A stretch of 64,000 nt of DNA, from contig CAWHAG010000001.1 of NCBI GenBank assembly GCA_963827285.1, positions 51,821 through 115,820 on the forward strand, written 5' to 3'. Every line of letters begins with the position of its first letter. The stretch's first letter is position 1. Shown in pieces: positions 26,255-35,733 of the stretch. Made by a program: the position numbers and the translations under genes. Below the pieces are notes generated by a model. That model did no database searches and was not told the origin of the DNA. It worked only from the letters and a program-made list of their open reading frames with translations. This DNA comes from Ignavibacteriota bacterium (GTDB lineage Bacteria; Bacteroidota; Ignavibacteria; CAWHAG01).

Positions 26255-28288
26255 GTGAGCAGGAAAGAGAAGAAAAAACAACTTGAGAAAATCCCAATCC
26301 AGCAAAGCGGGATTGACTCTACCCTTGCATTCTCTGTGAGCAGCAAGTTGAAGCGTCACCTGCTGATCGGCGTAGCGCTTGTCATCGTGTTGGTGAGTGT
26401 GGCTCATCTGTGGTATGCACATAAGCAGAATGGTGAGTTTGGTTTCACATTAGATGATCCGTGGATTCATCTAACGTTTGCGAAGAACCTTGCTCACTAT
26501 GGAAGTTTCTCGTATTATAAGGATGAGATGCCAACTGCCGGGTCCACGTCGCCGCTCTATACAATTCTTTTGGCGTTCGGTTTCAAGATAACCCAGAACG
26601 AAATGGTATTGAGCTATATCCTAGGCATAGCGTTTCTTATCCTTTCAGCAACTTACCTTTTCAAACTTGCATTGCTCGATGCTGAAAAGGAACAGTGGCT
26701 CGGTATTGCTGCTGCGGCGGTCCTGGTTCTCGAACCACATCTTCACTGGATTGCGCTGTCAGGCATGGAGACGACTCTCTTCATCTTTCTCCTTCTTGCA
26801 GCATTGTACTACTATCGAAATCCAAACCGATACCTGTTGGGAATCTCTCTTGGACTTATGTTGTGGGCGCGACCCGAAGCCCTGATTCTCCTTACTGCAA
26901 TTGGATTTGATTATGCCTACAGACACTTTAGACAGCCGACCGCGCCACAGAAGAAAGACCGTGTGATAGCCGATACAGTGACGCTTCCAAGGAAGGATGT
27001 TCTCACCAGCTTGGCGATTCTTCTGCTATTTGCTGTCGGATACGTGGCACTGAATGAGAGCTTGTCCGGCTCAGTGTTCCCAAACACTTACGCAGCAAAG
27101 ATAACATACTATGCGAGCGGCAACACGAGCTTTCTCTCAGACTGCTGGAGATACTTCTCATCAGGAGCATTCCGGTTTCTTGTTCCCTTTTTCATCTTCT
27201 CATTCATCCTACTTGTCAACAATCTCCTCAGACGTAACGAGGATACAAATCTGATCTATTTTCTGTGGATCGTTGGTCTGTTGGGTGCCTACTGGATTGA
27301 TCTGCCCTATCTCTATCAGAACGGACGCTATGTTATGCCAGCAATTCCGCTGTTCATCCTTGTGTCCATCAAAGGTATGCGACAGATCTTTCTACTTGTC
27401 GGAACGATGTTGCAGACGAAGATGTATCGCGTGGTTGCCAATGTACTAACATTCGTACTACTCGGTGGTATATTGATCCGCTTTGCTGTTGCCTGCTATG
27501 AAAACGCAAGAGTCTATGCTGAAGATTGTGCCTATATCACAGAGCGGCAGGTCAAAGCTGCGCGGTGGCTTAAAGAACACACGCCACCGAATGCGGTTGT
27601 CGCCACACACGATATCGGTGCCATCGGATTCTATTCCGATAGAAGAGTAGTTGACATGGTGGGACTTATTTCACCGGAAATGGTAGAGCACATCGGTGAT
27701 CTTCAGGCACTGAAGACCTTTCTTATCAAGAGTGGCGCAACGCATGTTGCCGTGTTGCGGAATTGGTTCGAAATCACCAACCAGCTTCCGCTCTACGTGT
27801 CCAATGAACGCTACCCGGAAATAATGGAAATCTTTGACTTCAGCGCTGAACGGACACATTTTGCGCCGGGGATAACGAGTAGACTCAATGAACAAGCTCA
27901 CTTTGCTTTTCAGCGCGGTGATCTACAGCAGGCGTTCCAACTGGTTTATCAGTCGCTGCAGATAGATAACGAATCTGCCAAGACGCATTTCTACTTGGGC
28001 CTGATTTATAATGCTGGGAAGCGGGATAGTCTTGCCGAAGTCGAGTGCAAAACAGCGCTTCGCTTGAATCCTGAATATATCAACGCGTATATTCAATTAG
28101 GTCAAATCTATTTGAATCAGAGGAAACCACAAGAGACAATCCAGCAGTTGGAAAAGATTATCGCCATCAGACCGGATCTTCCTCAGACGTATCAAACCTT
28201 AGCCTATGTTTATCGAGACTACTTGGCTGATACGGTCAAAGCGAAGTACTACGAGAATGTGTTTTCCAGCATGAGTGAAAAGCAATAG
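26255..28288 (+). CDS. Polytopic membrane protein (GT-C/ArnT-PMT-like glycosyltransferase fold suspected) with a C-terminal TPR domain
   Basis: About 11 hydrophobic helices in the first 400 aa, then a soluble region, then TPR repeats (AKTHFYLGLIYNAGKRDSLAEVECKTALRLNPEYINAYIQLGQIY...). The fold assignment is an inference. Confidence 0.55.
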   Translation: MSRKEKKKQLEKIPIQQSGIDSTLAFSVSSKLKRHLLIGVALVIVLVSVAHLWYAHKQNGEFGFTLDDPWIHLTFAKNLAHYGSFSYYKDEMPTAGSTSPLYTILLAFGFKITQNEMVLSYILGIAFLILSATYLFKLALLDAEKEQWLGIAAAAVLVLEPHLHWIALSGMETTLFIFLLLAALYYYRNPNRYLLGISLGLMLWARPEALILLTAIGFDYAYRHFRQPTAPQKKDRVIADTVTLPRKDVLTSLAILLLFAVGYVALNESLSGSVFPNTYAAKITYYASGNTSFLSDCWRYFSSGAFRFLVPFFIFSFILLVNNLLRRNEDTNLIYFLWIVGLLGAYWIDLPYLYQNGRYVMPAIPLFILVSIKGMRQIFLLVGTMLQTKMYRVVANVLTFVLLGGILIRFAVACYENARVYAEDCAYITERQVKAARWLKEHTPPNAVVATHDIGAIGFYSDRRVVDMVGLISPEMVEHIGDLQALKTFLIKSGATHVAVLRNWFEITNQLPLYVSNERYPEIMEIFDFSAERTHFAPGITSRLNEQAHFAFQRGDLQQAFQLVYQSLQIDNESAKTHFYLGLIYNAGKRDSLAEVECKTALRLNPEYINAYIQLGQIYLNQRKPQETIQQLEKIIAIRPDLPQTYQTLAYVYRDYLADTVKAKYYENVFSSMSEKQ

Positions 28289-28425
28289 ATGAAATCTTAG
28301 TAACTAAGGATGAGCAAGCAGAGGCAGACATTTTCTCGTTCTCTTCTTCATCGCACAGGTCAAGTTGTTGAACCTCGTCAGTTCAATCAAGAGGTAAGTT
28401 AAATGGATTGCGGAAGGCAACTCGA

Positions 28426-29463
28426 ATGACTGTATCGTCCAGAAAATTCACTCGAAGGAAATCTTCTTTCCGGTTTCTCTTCTTGATAATACTGCTCCTT
28501 TCTCTTGGCGCTCTCCTTATCTACCAGACATTCTGGGCACCCAATTATTCGGGCGACTCAAAAGGCAAAGTAGTCGTCATCCCCCACGGAGCGAACTTAG
28601 GAACAATAGCAACAATTCTCAACGACGCGGATGTTATAAAAAACGAATCATTGTTCATCTTGGCGGGAAATCTCCTGGGCTGGTCCAGCACGCTCAAGGC
28701 GGGGCGATATCTCTTGAATGACGGAATGTCGAATTACGAACTACTGTCTACCCTTCACGAGGGACGTTCCATCTTGATGACACGGGTTACGGTTCCTGAA
28801 GGATTGACATCACATCAGATCGCACAACTCTGCGTCCATGAGTTGGAAACAGACTCCTCGAAGTTCATGCAAATGGTGAACGACCGCGGCTTTGCCGAGA
28901 AGCTCGGCATCCAAGCGCCTTCCTTGGAAGGATATCTGCTGCCAAACACCTACAGTTTCTATTGGTCTCCAGATGAGAAAGAAGTTATACAGACGATGGT
29001 CGGAGAGTTCGAGCATTTCTACACAGATTCATTGAGAGAACGGGCAGCGGATCTCGGGTACAACACGGGGGAGATACTCAGCATCGCATCTCTTGTAGAA
29101 GGGGAAGCACGCATAGACAGTGAGCGAGCTATCATTGCAGGTGTGTATTACAATCGTCTGAAGAAAGGCATGAAACTGGAAGCTGATCCAACCATCCAGT
29201 ACATAGTCAAAGGAGGACCGCGTCAGTTGTGGTACAAAGACTTGAAACTCGATTCCCCATACAACACCTATCTATACGAGGGATTGCCCCCAACACCGAT
29301 CAACAATCCCGGGAAGAAATCTATCCTTGCCGCGCTTTATCCGGCAAAGCACTTATATCTCTATTTTGTTGCTAACGGTTACGGGAGGCACTTTTTTTCG
29401 AAAACGTATACTGAGCATCAGCGAGCGGTGAGGAAATATCGAGCGATTAGAAAACCGCATTAG
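28426..29463 (+). CDS. mltG: Endolytic murein transglycosylase (YceG family)
   Basis: N-terminal TM anchor, ASLVEGEARIDSERAIIAGVYYNRLKKGMKLEADPTIQY, YNTYLYEGLPPTPINNPG. ATG at 28426; the ORF track starts at a TTG at 28408. Confidence 0.85.
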   Translation: MTVSSRKFTRRKSSFRFLFLIILLLSLGALLIYQTFWAPNYSGDSKGKVVVIPHGANLGTIATILNDADVIKNESLFILAGNLLGWSSTLKAGRYLLNDGMSNYELLSTLHEGRSILMTRVTVPEGLTSHQIAQLCVHELETDSSKFMQMVNDRGFAEKLGIQAPSLEGYLLPNTYSFYWSPDEKEVIQTMVGEFEHFYTDSLRERAADLGYNTGEILSIASLVEGEARIDSERAIIAGVYYNRLKKGMKLEADPTIQYIVKGGPRQLWYKDLKLDSPYNTYLYEGLPPTPINNPGKKSILAALYPAKHLYLYFVANGYGRHFFSKTYTEHQRAVRKYRAIRKPH

Positions 29464-29476
29464 GGATCTAAATGGC

Positions 29477-31087
29477 ATGAAGGATTTTGACTACAATCAA
29501 TATAAAGCGCTCGTAGAAGCAAACATCAAAGTGGACTTTCGTGGACGGCGAGGAACGCGCAAGTATTCTGGCATTGCCGGTGTGACGATCTCCTATCTCA
29601 TCACGAGTGTGATGATGTCGGCATTCCTCTACAACCGCAGCGACGTATTCACATTTTCGTTCCTGATGATCTCAACTGCCATGATGATGACAGCGTTTTC
29701 CGTCATCACGGGATATGATACCCTGGTCGGCTCAACAGCGGAGTCCGACATCCTGGGTCATCATCCGGTCGCTTCACGGACGTGCTTCTTAGCCAAGATT
29801 ACCAATGTGTTGTTCTATGTTCTCTTGATCGGCATTCCGCTCACTGTTCCCCCGGCAATCGTTATGCTATTCATGTTCGGTGGGAACGTTCTGCTCTCGA
29901 TCAGCTTCATTGCAGTGTCTCTGCTCTCATTGCTCTTTATTGTCAGCGTCGTAATTGCGTTGTATTCCTTGGTGATTGACAAAATCCCGCAGCAGCGGCT
30001 GAAGAATATTATCACGTATTTTCAGATCGCATTTGTGTTTGTGATCATCATCGGTTACCAGGTCATTCCCTATATGACGAGCACCCATGCCTTCGGTGTC
30101 TCACTAGTAGAGGAAAAGTGGCTCTATGCACTTCCACCTTCGTGGTTTGCAAGTCTGATGTATCTTTTCACGGTGAGTATTGAGCACGTCAATATACCGC
30201 TTTCTCTTCTGGCGGTAGCGTCACTGCTGATCATGCTCTATGTGATGATGCGGATTCTTTCGCAGCGCTACATTCGGCTTGCTGAAAAGCTATTGAGCAG
30301 CGACAAGGAAGCCGAGCGAGTCACGGTCGGGTCCTCGAATAGGTTCTTCGAAAGCGTGAAAACCCTCCTCTTGCCCGATCGAGAAGAACGAGCAGGATTT
30401 GACTTGATGGCAACCTACATCAAGCGGGATAGAAGTTCACGGATGAGAGTCTTGCCTGGGGTTGCCATGCCCATCGCGGCTATATTGTTCGGGATCTTTA
30501 CTAACCAACTACCAGATCCGTTCCTGTACGGGATCTTCACAGGAGTATCGAGTGTACATTTCACAGTGCTTTTTGTTACGCTGTTTACCGCAGTTTTCAT
30601 GCTAGGGTCGCTGAAGTTCTCTCCCCACTATGATGCGGTGTGGATATACGCCGCCTCACCTCTTGTAGCCCGGGGGCGATTTGCACGAGGAACGAGAAAA
30701 GCAATCATCTTCCTTGTCATTATTCCAACGTTTCTTCTAGTCCTTGCGCTGTTTTGGATTGGAGCGCGGATAATGTTTTTCCATGCTGCCCTTCACACAC
30801 TCTTTCTCTTTGCCAGTGGATGGCTTGCATTCACCGTGTTTTCTCTGTTCGAGTCAGGGATGCCACTCTCCAAGAAAGACGATAAGCTCGAGACCAGCAG
30901 CCGTCTCGTAAGGCTCTTCCTATCCATTCCACTGTTCATTGTGTTGATCGTCATTCAGTATTTCGCTTATCAGAGCGAATACTTCACACTCATCGCCTTG
31001 ATTGTGCTTTCAGTGGTCGTCGAGGTTGGCGACGATATAGGTGTTCGTATTCTTAGCTGGAGATTTCAACAAGAAGAAAGCCGATGA
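29477..31087 (+). CDS. Polytopic inner-membrane protein of unknown function (at least 10 hydrophobic helices)
   Basis: 536-aa ORF dominated by hydrophobic segments. Its stop overlaps the next gene's start (ATGA). Confidence 0.6.
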   Translation: MKDFDYNQYKALVEANIKVDFRGRRGTRKYSGIAGVTISYLITSVMMSAFLYNRSDVFTFSFLMISTAMMMTAFSVITGYDTLVGSTAESDILGHHPVASRTCFLAKITNVLFYVLLIGIPLTVPPAIVMLFMFGGNVLLSISFIAVSLLSLLFIVSVVIALYSLVIDKIPQQRLKNIITYFQIAFVFVIIIGYQVIPYMTSTHAFGVSLVEEKWLYALPPSWFASLMYLFTVSIEHVNIPLSLLAVASLLIMLYVMMRILSQRYIRLAEKLLSSDKEAERVTVGSSNRFFESVKTLLLPDREERAGFDLMATYIKRDRSSRMRVLPGVAMPIAAILFGIFTNQLPDPFLYGIFTGVSSVHFTVLFVTLFTAVFMLGSLKFSPHYDAVWIYAASPLVARGRFARGTRKAIIFLVIIPTFLLVLALFWIGARIMFFHAALHTLFLFASGWLAFTVFSLFESGMPLSKKDDKLETSSRLVRLFLSIPLFIVLIVIQYFAYQSEYFTLIALIVLSVVVEVGDDIGVRILSWRFQQEESR

Positions 31088-33642
31088 AATTCTCTGTCTC
31101 CATATTCGTCACGTTGTTGGTTGCCTCCTTAGGCTCGTTTTCGTTTGCCCAGATGCCAAGTATCGTCATCAACGAAATTATGTACGCGCCGACAAGTCCA
31201 GAGCCGGAATGGGTGGAGATATATAACACAACGCGAGATTCCATCAATCTAAAGAACTGGAAAATCTCTGACAACACGTTAGTCAAGGCAACAATTGTCA
31301 CAAAGGATTGTTTCATTCAGCCGCTTGGATACGTCATCGTCGCAAAAGATTCGAACATTTTTGCTGTACACCCCTCTATTCCCGCGCCGGTACTCAAGGT
31401 GAATTTCCCGGCACTGAACAACACAGGTGATGCCGTTGTGCTCTATGATTCCACCGGCAGGACTATTGACAGTCTTGCTTACACATCCAGTTGGGGTGGG
31501 CAAAATGGATATTCGCTTGAACGCAAACTGTCCAGCGAGCCGTCAACGCAGCAATCCAATTGGGGGACCTCTAGCGATATCGAGCGAAGTACACCAGGAA
31601 GAAAGAACAGCATCGCACTGAGAGTGTTTGATCTTGCGGTGAAAGAGCTTACCCTCTCACCGCAGTTTCCCATTGCTGGGGATAATGTTACCATCTTCGC
31701 AAAGATTGTGAACAGAGGTTCTGTTGCAGTGTCGGATTACACAGTCGAGTTTTTCAACGATGTGAATGGAGATTCTATTCCACAGCCTACTGAACGAATA
31801 CAGCTCATCGCTTCCACAGGAACTCTTGCACCGGGTGATTCGGCAATCTTCTCAGCATCGCTGGTGAATATTCCTGCTGGTGAAACGAGAATTATTGTCC
31901 GCGTGAACCTCACGGACGACGAATATGCTGATAACAACACAGGCTTTTCGACAATCACAGGAGGCATTCCTCCACATTCACTCGTTATCAACGAGATTAT
32001 GTACGCTCCGGGCAGTGGCGAACCTGAGTGGGTGGAACTCTATAACACCATGGGCAATTCTATAAATCTCAAGAACTGGAAACTCTCGGATAACAACACG
32101 GCAGCGAAGGTTACGATTATCGTGGCAGATTTCTCATTCAGTCCTCAGAGTTATGTTGTGCTCTCAAAGGATTCATCTATTTTGAGCTTCCACAACACGA
32201 TCCCTTCACCTGTAGTCAAAATGAGTCTGCCCACACTCAACAACGACGTAGATGCGGTTGTCCTCTATGATCAACGTGGTGCTGTGATAGATAGTTTGAC
32301 GTATTTCTCGATGTGGGGCGGTAACAGTGGTCACTCGCTTGAACGGATAGACGCTCTTGCCGCATCAACCGATTCAGTCAATTGGGGTTCGTCTACAGAT
32401 GCGGAGAAGAGCACGCCCGGAAAGAAGAATAGCATTGCTCGGGCAGACCTCGATGTAGCATTAAGGCGGATCTTCTTCGTTCCAGAGACTCCGCAGCAGG
32501 GTCAACCAGTTTCCATCAACGCTGTTGTGCAAAATGTTGGGAGAAAATCCGCCACCGGTTTCACTGTGCAGGCATATTTCGACGCAAACAGGGATTCCAT
32601 ACGAGAGGCAAGTGAACTTATCGGATCTTCGTCCTTCTCCAATGTACTCAACGCTAACGATTCCACTACCGTGTTGATTCCCTGGAGCAGTCCCCCGTCC
32701 GGCATCAATAGAGTTATAGTTGTGATCAACTATGCACAGGATGAGCGAGTCGCAAATAACAGTGCGGTTGCGGAAGTGAAAGTTGGTTGTTTCCCCAATT
32801 CAGTTGTCATCAACGAGATTATGTATGCACCTCTTGCCAATCAATCGGAATATGTTGAGCTCTACAACCGTAGCACAAATACGGTCAACCTTTTGAATTG
32901 GAAACTATCCGATATGCCCACAGCAAGCGGAGCAAACATCTTCACGATACTAAGCAGCGTTGTCCTTCAACGGAACGAGTACGTGGTCATTGCGGCGGAC
33001 TCCTCGATACTGAATGCGTTCAGCTATCTGAAGAATCCCTCGCTGGAGACGCACGTTATCATTCTCAATAAAAGCAGTCTTGGCTTGAACAACGATGAGG
33101 ATGATGTCACCCTTCGCGACGTAATTGGTGCAACGATAGACAGCGTGCATTACTCCGACAAGTGGCAGAATTCTGAACTTGTCAGCACAACAGGAATTGC
33201 CCTGGAGCGAATAAATCCAAACTCGGCTTCCAACGACAGGCGAAATTGGAACTCAAGTGCGAATTCGCTTGGTGGTACGCCGGGAAAGCAGAACAGCATA
33301 TTTACAGAAACACTTCCGAGTCAATCGAAGATAACCATATCACCGAATCCTTTTTCGCCAGATGGAGATGGGTTTGAGGACTTCACAATCATCAGTTATC
33401 AACTTCCAATGCAGATTTCTCAGGTGCGGATGAAGATTTTCGATGTGAAGGGTCGCTTAGTCAGAACATTGATGAACAACGAGTTGAGCGGCTCCACAGG
33501 ACAAGTCGTGTGGGATGGATTAGATGATAACAAACAGAAGCTCAGAATGGGAATTTACATCATATTCATTGAAGCGTTGGATGCCGGGGGCGGCGTTGTA
33601 GAGACAGCGAAGGCGGCGGTTGTGGTGGCAGGAAAGTTATGA
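31084..33642 (+). CDS. Secreted protein with three lamin-tail-domain (LTD) + CARDB-like modules and a C-terminal FlgD-Ig / T9SS type-B-like sorting domain
   Basis: Signal peptide. INEIMYAP...PEWVE(I/L)YN...INLKNWK(I/L)SDN recurs at about 31162, 31981 and 32800 (273-aa period). The C-terminus is ISPNPFSPDGDGFEDFTII...VVWDGLDDN...GIYIIFIEA. Confidence 0.8.
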   Translation: MKFSVSIFVTLLVASLGSFSFAQMPSIVINEIMYAPTSPEPEWVEIYNTTRDSINLKNWKISDNTLVKATIVTKDCFIQPLGYVIVAKDSNIFAVHPSIPAPVLKVNFPALNNTGDAVVLYDSTGRTIDSLAYTSSWGGQNGYSLERKLSSEPSTQQSNWGTSSDIERSTPGRKNSIALRVFDLAVKELTLSPQFPIAGDNVTIFAKIVNRGSVAVSDYTVEFFNDVNGDSIPQPTERIQLIASTGTLAPGDSAIFSASLVNIPAGETRIIVRVNLTDDEYADNNTGFSTITGGIPPHSLVINEIMYAPGSGEPEWVELYNTMGNSINLKNWKLSDNNTAAKVTIIVADFSFSPQSYVVLSKDSSILSFHNTIPSPVVKMSLPTLNNDVDAVVLYDQRGAVIDSLTYFSMWGGNSGHSLERIDALAASTDSVNWGSSTDAEKSTPGKKNSIARADLDVALRRIFFVPETPQQGQPVSINAVVQNVGRKSATGFTVQAYFDANRDSIREASELIGSSSFSNVLNANDSTTVLIPWSSPPSGINRVIVVINYAQDERVANNSAVAEVKVGCFPNSVVINEIMYAPLANQSEYVELYNRSTNTVNLLNWKLSDMPTASGANIFTILSSVVLQRNEYVVIAADSSILNAFSYLKNPSLETHVIILNKSSLGLNNDEDDVTLRDVIGATIDSVHYSDKWQNSELVSTTGIALERINPNSASNDRRNWNSSANSLGGTPGKQNSIFTETLPSQSKITISPNPFSPDGDGFEDFTIISYQLPMQISQVRMKIFDVKGRLVRTLMNNELSGSTGQVVWDGLDDNKQKLRMGIYIIFIEALDAGGGVVETAKAAVVVAGKL

Positions 33643-33770
33643 AACCGTGATTTCGTGAGATTTCACCTCGACTTACTCCAACCACGAAGAATCTTCGTCA
33701 ATTCTAAGAGATCCACAAGAACTGGATACCATTACTTCCAAGACTCAGCTAGGAATAAAAGGAGGCTCTT

Positions 33771-34457
33771 GTGTTCAAACCTGTTGTTGCATTGATTCTA
33801 TTCTTTTCTGCATCGAACCTGAGTGCTCAAGTAACGGCGACATATTTTGATGGGGATATCAAGATAGATGGCGATCTGAGCGATTGGACAGATGCTACCT
33901 GGGGAAATTTTATTCCAGCAGATAGCACCTGGAATGATACATGTTTGTTTGCTTTGCGTTGGAATCGCGAGTATCTATATCTCGCTTCTATCGTTAGGAA
34001 TTCGAATCTGCAGGCTGAACAAACGAAAAGAGATGCTCCAAATCTGTACAAGGATGACGGCGTAGAATTCTTGATTGATGCAAATTTTGACCACACAGAT
34101 GAATGGAAAGAGGACGACATTGCTTACCATGTTAATATTCTAAATGCCATCATGGACGAGAGAGGACTGAACGAGAAAGGTGGCTATAATGGTAATTGGA
34201 ATGGAAAAGCTTTAACCCAGGTCAACACTTCTGGTACTATCAATAAGTCCGACGACGAAGACAAAGGCTATTGGATTGAAGTGGCTGTCCCGTGGACTGA
34301 GATTGGCAAGGTCCCAAGCCCAGGCTTAACACTGGGAATTGACTTATGCGTAAATGATAGGGACAACATCACTCAGCAGTATCGGCATTATGATTTGATG
34401 AACTTACCAAAGTTTCACGTTCCATCAGGGTTTGCGAAGTTGATGTTGGTGAAATAA
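33771..34457 (+). CDS. Secreted carbohydrate-binding (CBM9-like / DOMON-like) protein
   Basis: Signal peptide. DGDLSDW, YLYLASIVRNSNL, DGVEFLIDA, YHVNILN and GYWIEVAVPWTEIG fit my memory of the CBM9-like family. Confidence 0.6.
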   Translation: MFKPVVALILFFSASNLSAQVTATYFDGDIKIDGDLSDWTDATWGNFIPADSTWNDTCLFALRWNREYLYLASIVRNSNLQAEQTKRDAPNLYKDDGVEFLIDANFDHTDEWKEDDIAYHVNILNAIMDERGLNEKGGYNGNWNGKALTQVNTSGTINKSDDEDKGYWIEVAVPWTEIGKVPSPGLTLGIDLCVNDRDNITQQYRHYDLMNLPKFHVPSGFAKLMLVK

Positions 34458-34682
34458 GAATAAGTGAAATGATGAAGTTGATTCTCTGAAATTTTCTAGC
34501 TATATTCTCCGCGTGGGCTTGCTGAACCATTAGATTGTCAAGAAAAAGAAGGATTGACACGATTTGTTGTTTTCCATTCGCCTGAATGGAATTCCTGACC
34601 CGTAGGACAAAGCCACCAGCAAGCCTGCCTACGGGTTATGTGTTTCTGCGAAAGAACGCGCGAGCATTTCAAGGAAAAACGA

Positions 34683-34949
34683 ATGGCACACCCCCTGAGC
34701 ACAATCATTGACAACCGTGAAGGAAACACAGTCCTTGCAGCACTGAAACGCCTTCTCCCTCAAACAGAAAACATGGACGTAGCGACAGGACTTTTTGAAA
34801 TCGTATCGCTGCTTGCTCTGGATTCTTTTGATGAACTGCGGAATAGTTTGAAGATTATCGAACACAAGAAGGTAAGAGTCGAACTGCGGAATATGCAGGC
34901 TCTTGCCCGAGAGAAAGCAACACTTGTCTGCTGGATGGAGGTATGCTAA
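34683..34949 (+). pseudogene. 5' remnant of a PLD-domain nuclease/helicase-type defence gene
   Basis: MAHPLSTIIDNREGNTVLAALKRLLPQTENMDVATGLFEIVSLLALD resembles the conserved N-terminus (xIDNxxxNTLxxxLxxLL...LDIATGYFxxxGxxxL) of PLD/SNF2-type defence proteins. The ORF stops after 88 codons and no remaining part follows. Confidence 0.4.
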
Positions 34950-35122
34950 TCCCGCGAAATGTAGAATACAGAATTGAAAAAGTTATACCAAAGTGCACTT
35001 ATAACACGTGGGAGACCTTCTTGGTGGGAATTCGATGTTTCAGCCGATTCTTAAACAAGAGGTAACGGTGGTCGCAATTTGCGACCTCTTATACTTTGTA
35101 GAGTATCTCGCATCATCACAAA

Positions 35123-35698
35123 ATGCTGGGTTTAACAATGAAAGAGGAACATCTCATTGCCAAGGAAGTTATTGAGAGTAGGATCTTTCTTATTCGCGGG
35201 CAAAGAGTAATGATAGACCGGGACCTTGCTGAGATGTACGGTGTTGAAACAAAGTATCTTAACCGACAGGTAAAGAGAAATAAAGAACGCTTCCCAAAAG
35301 AGTTTATGTTTCAATTAACTCGGGAAGAAAAGAATGAACTGGTGACAAATTGGCACCGGTTTGCATCGCTGAAGCACTCTGCGACACTTCCGTATGCTTT
35401 TATAGAGCACCGAGTTGCGATGCTTTCGGCTGTCCTCAGTAGTGAACGTGCGGTTAAGATGAGTATTGTGATTATAAAAGTGTTTGTACGGTTGCGCGGG
35501 ATTCTTTCAGCGCATAAGGAGTTAGCCCAAAAGCTAAAAGAACTCGAACAACACATTGAGAAACACGATACACAAATCCAAGCGATTTTCGAAGCGATTA
35601 GACAACTGATGCAACCATCGGGAAAACCAAAGCGCCAAATCGGTTTCAAAGTGAGCGAGCCAAAAGCCATGTACAAAATCCGAAAGCGCGCTGTATGA
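35123..35698 (+). CDS. ORF6N (KilA-N-related) DNA-binding domain protein
   Basis: RIFLIRGQRVMIDRDLAEMYGVETKYLNRQVKRNKERFPKEFMFQLTREE. Confidence 0.8.
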   Translation: MLGLTMKEEHLIAKEVIESRIFLIRGQRVMIDRDLAEMYGVETKYLNRQVKRNKERFPKEFMFQLTREEKNELVTNWHRFASLKHSATLPYAFIEHRVAMLSAVLSSERAVKMSIVIIKVFVRLRGILSAHKELAQKLKELEQHIEKHDTQIQAIFEAIRQLMQPSGKPKRQIGFKVSEPKAMYKIRKRAV

Positions 35699-35733
35699 TT
35701 CTATTGATCGAATCCTGCGAATAAAGTAAAGTC

